NCBI GenBank assembly: GCA_044225365.1
Contig: JBGAIQ010000005.1
Location: forward strand, 174,713-238,712
Source: Planctomycetota bacterium
GTDB taxonomy: Bacteria; Planctomycetota; B15-G4; JADJEK01
DNA: 64,000 nucleotides
Reading direction: 5' to 3'
The translations under genes and the position numbers were made by a program. Shown in pieces: positions 59,710 to 64,000 of the stretch. The notes below the pieces were generated by a model that was not told the DNA's origin, did no database searches, and saw nothing but the letters and a program-made list of their open reading frames with translations. How positions within the stretch are numbered: the stretch's first letter is position 1; each line of letters starts with the position of its first letter.

Positions 59710-60581
59710 GTTCCTCGAACGCTCGATCGACCCTCATGCGCCTCGGCCGCACGGGAAAGCTCGCGGTCGGCGTCCTCCTCGCACTCTTCATGCTCTCGCT
59801 CGTGGCGCCCCATCTCCCCATCGAGAGCGTCGGCAGCACCGATCTCACGCGACAGCTCGAAGCGCCATCGCGAGCGCATTGGTTCGGTACGGATCTGCTC
59901 GGTCGCGACGTGCTCGCCCGTACGCTCGCCGGAATGCGGTCGTCGTTCCTGATCGGACTGCTCGCGGCGTCGGTGTGCCTCGTCATCGGCGTCCTCGTCG
60001 GCGCGACCGCTGGTTTCTGCGGTAGGAAGATCGACCTCGTGTTGATGCGCGTCGTCGACGTGCTCTATGGCATCCCCTTCATCTGCCTCGTCATCTTCCT
60101 GCTCGCGGTCCTGCGCGATCACGAACCGATGCTGCGCGCCCACGGGATCACGCGCGAGACGGTGCTCTACGCCTGCGTCGGCGGCACGACGTGGCTTACG
60201 ATGGCGCGCCTCGTTCGCAACGAAGTGGCGAGGCTCAAGACGTTGCCCTACGTCGAAGCCGCACGGGCGATGGGAATGAGCGGCGGCGCCGTGCTCTTCA
60301 AGCACGTGCTGCCGAATGCGCTCGGCGTGATCGTGGTCGCGCTGTCGCTGTCGATCCCGTCGATCCTCCAATACGAGGCGTTCCTGTCGTTCCTCGGTCT
60401 CGGCATCGAGCCTCCCGGAGTCTCGCTCGGACTCCTCGCATCCGAAGGCGTCGAAGCGCTGTCCCCGGTCTTCGATGCCTGGTGGCTGATCGCATTCCCC
60501 GGCGGCACTCTCGCGATCCTACTCCTGGCGTTCAACCTGCTCGGAGACGGCCTCCGCGACGCCCTCGACCCACGCTCCTAG
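59706..60581 (+). CDS. oppC: oligopeptide ABC transporter permease
   Basis: HWFGTDLLGRD, YVEAARAMG, HVLPN, EAFLSFLGLG, FNLLGDGLRDALDPR. Confidence 0.92.
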   Translation: MSSSNARSTLMRLGRTGKLAVGVLLALFMLSLVAPHLPIESVGSTDLTRQLEAPSRAHWFGTDLLGRDVLARTLAGMRSSFLIGLLAASVCLVIGVLVGATAGFCGRKIDLVLMRVVDVLYGIPFICLVIFLLAVLRDHEPMLRAHGITRETVLYACVGGTTWLTMARLVRNEVARLKTLPYVEAARAMGMSGGAVLFKHVLPNALGVIVVALSLSIPSILQYEAFLSFLGLGIEPPGVSLGLLASEGVEALSPVFDAWWLIAFPGGTLAILLLAFNLLGDGLRDALDPRS

Positions 60582-60582
60582 C

Positions 60583-61716
60583 GGACCGCCGGGCACGCCT
60601 CCTCGGACCGCCGGGCTCTGCCCGGCATCTTCTTCGTCCGCCTGGCCTTTTCGGGAACGTACCACCATGGGTCGGACAGCGCGTCGGGCGCGCACGGGGA
60701 GCTCCGTTCGACTCCGCGCGCGGCAGACCGCGCATGCTGCGCGAACGGACTCCCCGATGCGCTTCTGTCCCTTCGAGGGGAAGGGTTGTAGGACCCACTT
60801 TGAAATGGAACGAGGCGCCTTGCCTGGAGTGCCGCGGACGGCACCCCAGCCAAGGCTTTCCCCACGTGTCTTCGCGACGAACCTCATGGGGTAGGTAGGA
60901 ACGCGGTCACCTTGCGCGCCCGTAGCACGGTCATCTTTGAATTCGGCCCTTTTAGCGGGGTCTACCCTTTCGTCGGCGTGCACGGAAACGCGTCGATATG
61001 GGTCGGACCGCCGGGCTCTGCCCGGCATCTTTGGACTTCGGGAACGTACCACCGCGGATAGGACAGCTCGTCGGGCGCGCTCGGGGAGCTCCGTTCGACT
61101 CCGCGCGCGGAGTACCGCGCATGCTGCGCGAACGGACTCCCCGATGCGCTTCTGTCCCTTCGAGGGGAAGGGTCATGGAGGCCCACTTTGAAATGGATCG
61201 AGGCGCCTTGCCTGGAGTGCCGCGGACGGCACCCCAGCCAAGGCTTTCCCCACGTGTCTTCGCGACGAACCTTGTGGGGTAGGTAGGAACGCGGTCACCT
61301 TGCGCGCCCGTAGCACAGCCAGCTTTGAATTCGGCCCTTTTAGCGGGGTCTACCCTTGCGTCGGATCGGACCGCCGGGCTCTGCCCGGCATCTTCGGGAA
61401 CGTGCCACCGTGGATACGACAGCACGTCGGGCGCGCCCGGGGAGATCCGTTCGACTTTGCGCGCGGAGGACCGCGCGTGCTGCGCGAACGGACTCCCCGA
61501 TGCGCTTATGTCGCTTCGAGGGGAAAGGTCATGGAGGCCCACTTTGAAATGGCCCGAGGCGCATCGGATGGCACCCCAGCCAAGGCTTTCCCCACGTGTT
61601 TTCGCGACCCCCACCCACGAACTGGGAGGGTAGGTAGGAACGCAGTCACCTTGCGCGCCGGTAGCACGGTGGCCTTTGACGTCGGCCCGGATACCGGGGG
61701 CTGTCCTTTCGTCAGC
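60583..61716. repeat. tandem array of three structured 350-400 bp non-coding units, each starting with the REP GGACCGCCGGGCTCTGCCCGGCATCT
   Basis: REP starts at 60605, 61005 and 61368 (half copy at 60583). Units share long near-identical blocks such as GCGAACGGACTCCCCGATGCGCTT, CCCACTTTGAAATGG and GGCACCCCAGCCAAGGCTTTCCCCACGTGT. Confidence 0.92.
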
Positions 61717-62004
61717 GAGAATGGGATCGCTCAGCGCCCCGTTCGAGGGGAACCGTTCGCTCGACCTTGCGGGAGGGCCGGCGCTTCGAGTACTCTCCCG
61801 CCCGAGCGGCGCCGTGAATCCATCGGTGAAGCGCTCGGTTGGCATTCATTCGACTATGAAGGGCCTTGCCACCGTCGAAAATCCACGCCCCAACGCTGGG
61901 TTGCCGCCCGAGTCCTCGACGAACTGCTGGAGATCGCCGCTTCGCCACCGTCGCGTAGAGATTTCGAACCCCACACTCACGAACCGAACATGAAGGACAC
62001 CTCC

Positions 62005-63783
62005 ATGGCCGATGCGTCCCGTCGCGATTTCCTGAAAACCGTGAGCGTTGGAGCCGCTGCAACCAGCCTCGGCACGAGCTTCCTCGGATGCAGCTCGACC
62101 GCCGTCAGCTCGAGCCAGGACAGCGTCCGTCCCGCGGCCGGTGGACCCTACAACATCCTCTTCATCCTCACCGATCAGGAACGCTACTTCCGGCCCGGCG
62201 AGTTGCCGTCCGACTATCGGTTGCCCGCGCACGAGCGTTTGATGCGCAACGGAGTCGTCTTCGACAACCACCGCATCAATTCGTGCGTCTGCACTCCGTC
62301 TCGCTCGGTTCTCTACACCGGGCGCCACATCCAGCAGACGAAGATGTTCGACAATACGAATTTCCCCTGGATCTCGAGTCTATCGCCCGAAGTCCGCACC
62401 GTCGGGCACATGTTGCGAGACGCGGGTTATTACACGGCGTACAAGGGAAAATGGCATCTCACGAAGGAATTCGAGACCGTCAACGAACTCGGCTCGCCGC
62501 ACAAGATCTTCACGCAGGAAATGGAAGCGTACGGCTTCTCCGACTACTTCGGCGTCGGTGACATCATCGCGCACACCCAGGGTGGCTACCTGCACGACGG
62601 CGTCATTTCCTCGATGGCCGTGAGCTGGCTCCGAGGGAAGGGCTCCAGTCTGACTGCGGAGGGCAAGCCTTGGTTCCTCGCGGTGAATCTCGTCAATCCA
62701 CACGACGTGATGTTCTACAATTCCGATCAGCCCGGCGAGGAAGTTCAGAGCCGCAACATCCTCGGGCATATCGAGCGTGCACCGAAGCATCCCCTCTACG
62801 ATACGCAGTGGAAATTCGACTTGCCTGCGAGCCACGGCGAAAGGCTCGACGCTCCCGGCAGGCCGCGCGCGCACGCCGAGTTCCTCGCGTCGCACGATGC
62901 GCTCGTGGGGAACATCGCGAACGAGGAGCGACGCTGGCGCAGTCGCCACAATTACTATCTCAATTGTTTGCGCGACGTCGATCGCAACATCACGACGTTA
63001 CTGGATGAACTCGATGCGCAAGGTCTCGCGTCGAAGACGATCATCGTGATGACCGCCGATCACGGCGACCTGGACGGCGCGCATCAACTCCATGCGAAGG
63101 GCGCGACTTCCTATCGCGAGCAGAACCAAGTCCCCTTCATCGTAGTGCATCCGGGTCGCAAGGGCGGCGTGCGCTGCCGCAGCGTGACGTCTCACCTCGA
63201 TGTCGCGCCGACCCTGCTCGGATTCACGGACATCGCGCCCGAGCGACGTGCCGCGATCACCAAGGGCCTGCCCGGCAAGGACGTCTCGCCGCTGCTCAGT
63301 TCGCCCGAGAACGCTCCGATCGGTGCAGCCCGCGATGGCTCGCTGTTCTGCTTCAACATGTTCGCTTACATCGACGGCGACTTGATGAGCAAGGCCGTAA
63401 CGCTCCTGCGCGAGCCCGACGGCAAGCAGAAGTTGAAGGAATCGAATCTCAAGCCCGACCTCTCGAAGCGAGGCGCCATCCGAAGCGTCTTCGACGGTCG
63501 ATATCAGTTCACTCGCTACTTCTCGCCCAAGCAACACAACCGACCCGACTCGTTGGAGTCTCTCCTCGCGCACAATGACGTCGAGCTCTTCGACCTCGAA
63601 TCCGACCCTCACGAAGTCGACAACCTCGCGAAGGACCCGAAGAAGCACGGCGACGTTCTGTTGGCGATGAACAGCAAGCTCAACAACTTGGTGGACACCG
63701 AGGTCGGGGAAGACGTCGGACAAATGCTGCCCGGCGGACCGGACGCGGGCTGGGTTCTGACACCGGCGGCTCGCGACCTCTGA
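62005..63783 (+). CDS. Tat-exported, probably lipid-anchored formylglycine-dependent sulfatase
   Basis: SRRDFLK Tat motif, FLG-C, NILFILTDQ, CTPSRSVLYTG, KGKWHL, ADHG. Confidence 0.92.
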   Translation: MADASRRDFLKTVSVGAAATSLGTSFLGCSSTAVSSSQDSVRPAAGGPYNILFILTDQERYFRPGELPSDYRLPAHERLMRNGVVFDNHRINSCVCTPSRSVLYTGRHIQQTKMFDNTNFPWISSLSPEVRTVGHMLRDAGYYTAYKGKWHLTKEFETVNELGSPHKIFTQEMEAYGFSDYFGVGDIIAHTQGGYLHDGVISSMAVSWLRGKGSSLTAEGKPWFLAVNLVNPHDVMFYNSDQPGEEVQSRNILGHIERAPKHPLYDTQWKFDLPASHGERLDAPGRPRAHAEFLASHDALVGNIANEERRWRSRHNYYLNCLRDVDRNITTLLDELDAQGLASKTIIVMTADHGDLDGAHQLHAKGATSYREQNQVPFIVVHPGRKGGVRCRSVTSHLDVAPTLLGFTDIAPERRAAITKGLPGKDVSPLLSSPENAPIGAARDGSLFCFNMFAYIDGDLMSKAVTLLREPDGKQKLKESNLKPDLSKRGAIRSVFDGRYQFTRYFSPKQHNRPDSLESLLAHNDVELFDLESDPHEVDNLAKDPKKHGDVLLAMNSKLNNLVDTEVGEDVGQMLPGGPDAGWVLTPAARDL

Positions 63784-63806
63784 TCGCGGAGCGTCGACGC
63801 ACGGGA

Positions 63807-63863
63807 GATGCCGGGCGGAGCCCGGCGGTCCGGCTTGACGGCTTCAAGACGGTGCCGGGCGGA
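63807..63863 (-). repeat. one full REP (63807-63831) and the right half of a second REP (63853-63863)
   Basis: Minus strand reads GGACCGCCGGGCTCCGCCCGGCATC; TCCGCCCGGCA abuts the intron 3' end. Confidence 0.8.
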
Positions 63864-64000
63864 ATCGGGTAGACCAGGGCGGCGTTCCGCCCCGGCCCCC
63901 CTCAGATCCGGACGTGCCGATTTCCAGCATCCGGCTCTTCGCGATCAGGAGCTCGCGCCGGGACGGTAGACCGAGTGGACAATCTCCGCGCGAGGCAATG
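63864..64000 (-). mobile_element. 3' end of a group II intron (domains V and VI)
   Basis: Minus strand: DV GAGCCGGATGCTGGAAATCGGCACGTCCGGATC (63937-63905, AGC triad) and DVI GGGGGCCGGGGCGG-AACG-CCGCCCTGGTCT-A-CCC-GAT with bulged A and AY terminus. Confidence 0.92.
63945..64000 (-). CDS. C-terminal tip of the intron-encoded reverse transcriptase/maturase (partial)
   Basis: ...LPRAEIVHSVYRPGASS* ends 7 nt before DV; resembles the LPxxxIVHS end of endonuclease-less intron proteins. Confidence 0.7.
   Translation of the reverse strand, partial: LPRAEIVHSVYRPGASS

Noticed and set aside
60959-61355. GGTCTACCC near the ends of units 1 and 2 matches the 3' end of the group II intron domain VI
   Set aside because: A single 9-mer match is plausible by chance in GC-rich DNA, and no domain V is recognisable in the units, so intron origin is not claimed.
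60583-61716. Repeat array as a CRISPR array or as protein-coding repeats
   Set aside because: The inter-REP segments are ~340-375 bp and homologous to each other rather than unique spacers, and there are no cas genes. The ORFs differ in frame between units and show no HUH motif; a faint FQSGSYN resemblance to RAYT C-termini is too weak to call.
61300-62004. 235-aa N-terminal extension of the sulfatase ORF
   Set aside because: It runs through non-coding repeat unit 3. The Tat signal and RBS place the real start at about 62005.

Overview
GC-rich bacterial chromosomal segment, most consistent with an uncultured Planctomycetota lineage (an inference from the secretin architecture, FG-GAP surface proteins and a Tat sulfatase). 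Housekeeping genes (glcD-like, acnA, ThiF/MoeB, truD-nadK-dxs-ispA-rny, pabB, xerC, glgP, mtaB, family-4 UDG, oppABC) are interleaved with many envelope genes. Main points: (1) a 14-kb PilM/N/O/P-like locus with two paralogous lipoprotein secretins flanking two large TPR proteins, with no pilin or ATPase in the window; (2) a ~120-aa module that appears to recur at the N- or C-terminus of four unrelated exported proteins, a candidate sorting or anchoring domain; (3) three tandem 350-400 bp highly structured non-coding units with a compensatory base change, each headed by a REP-like palindrome; (4) the 3' end of a group II intron whose 3' exon is the right half of that same REP; (5) a three-hairpin candidate sRNA between acnA and the ThiF gene; (6) a membrane-anchored coiled-coil protein ending in a duplicated LptF/G-like domain. 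No tRNA, rRNA or CRISPR array was seen. All calls come from reading the sequence by eye; no searches or folding programs were run.
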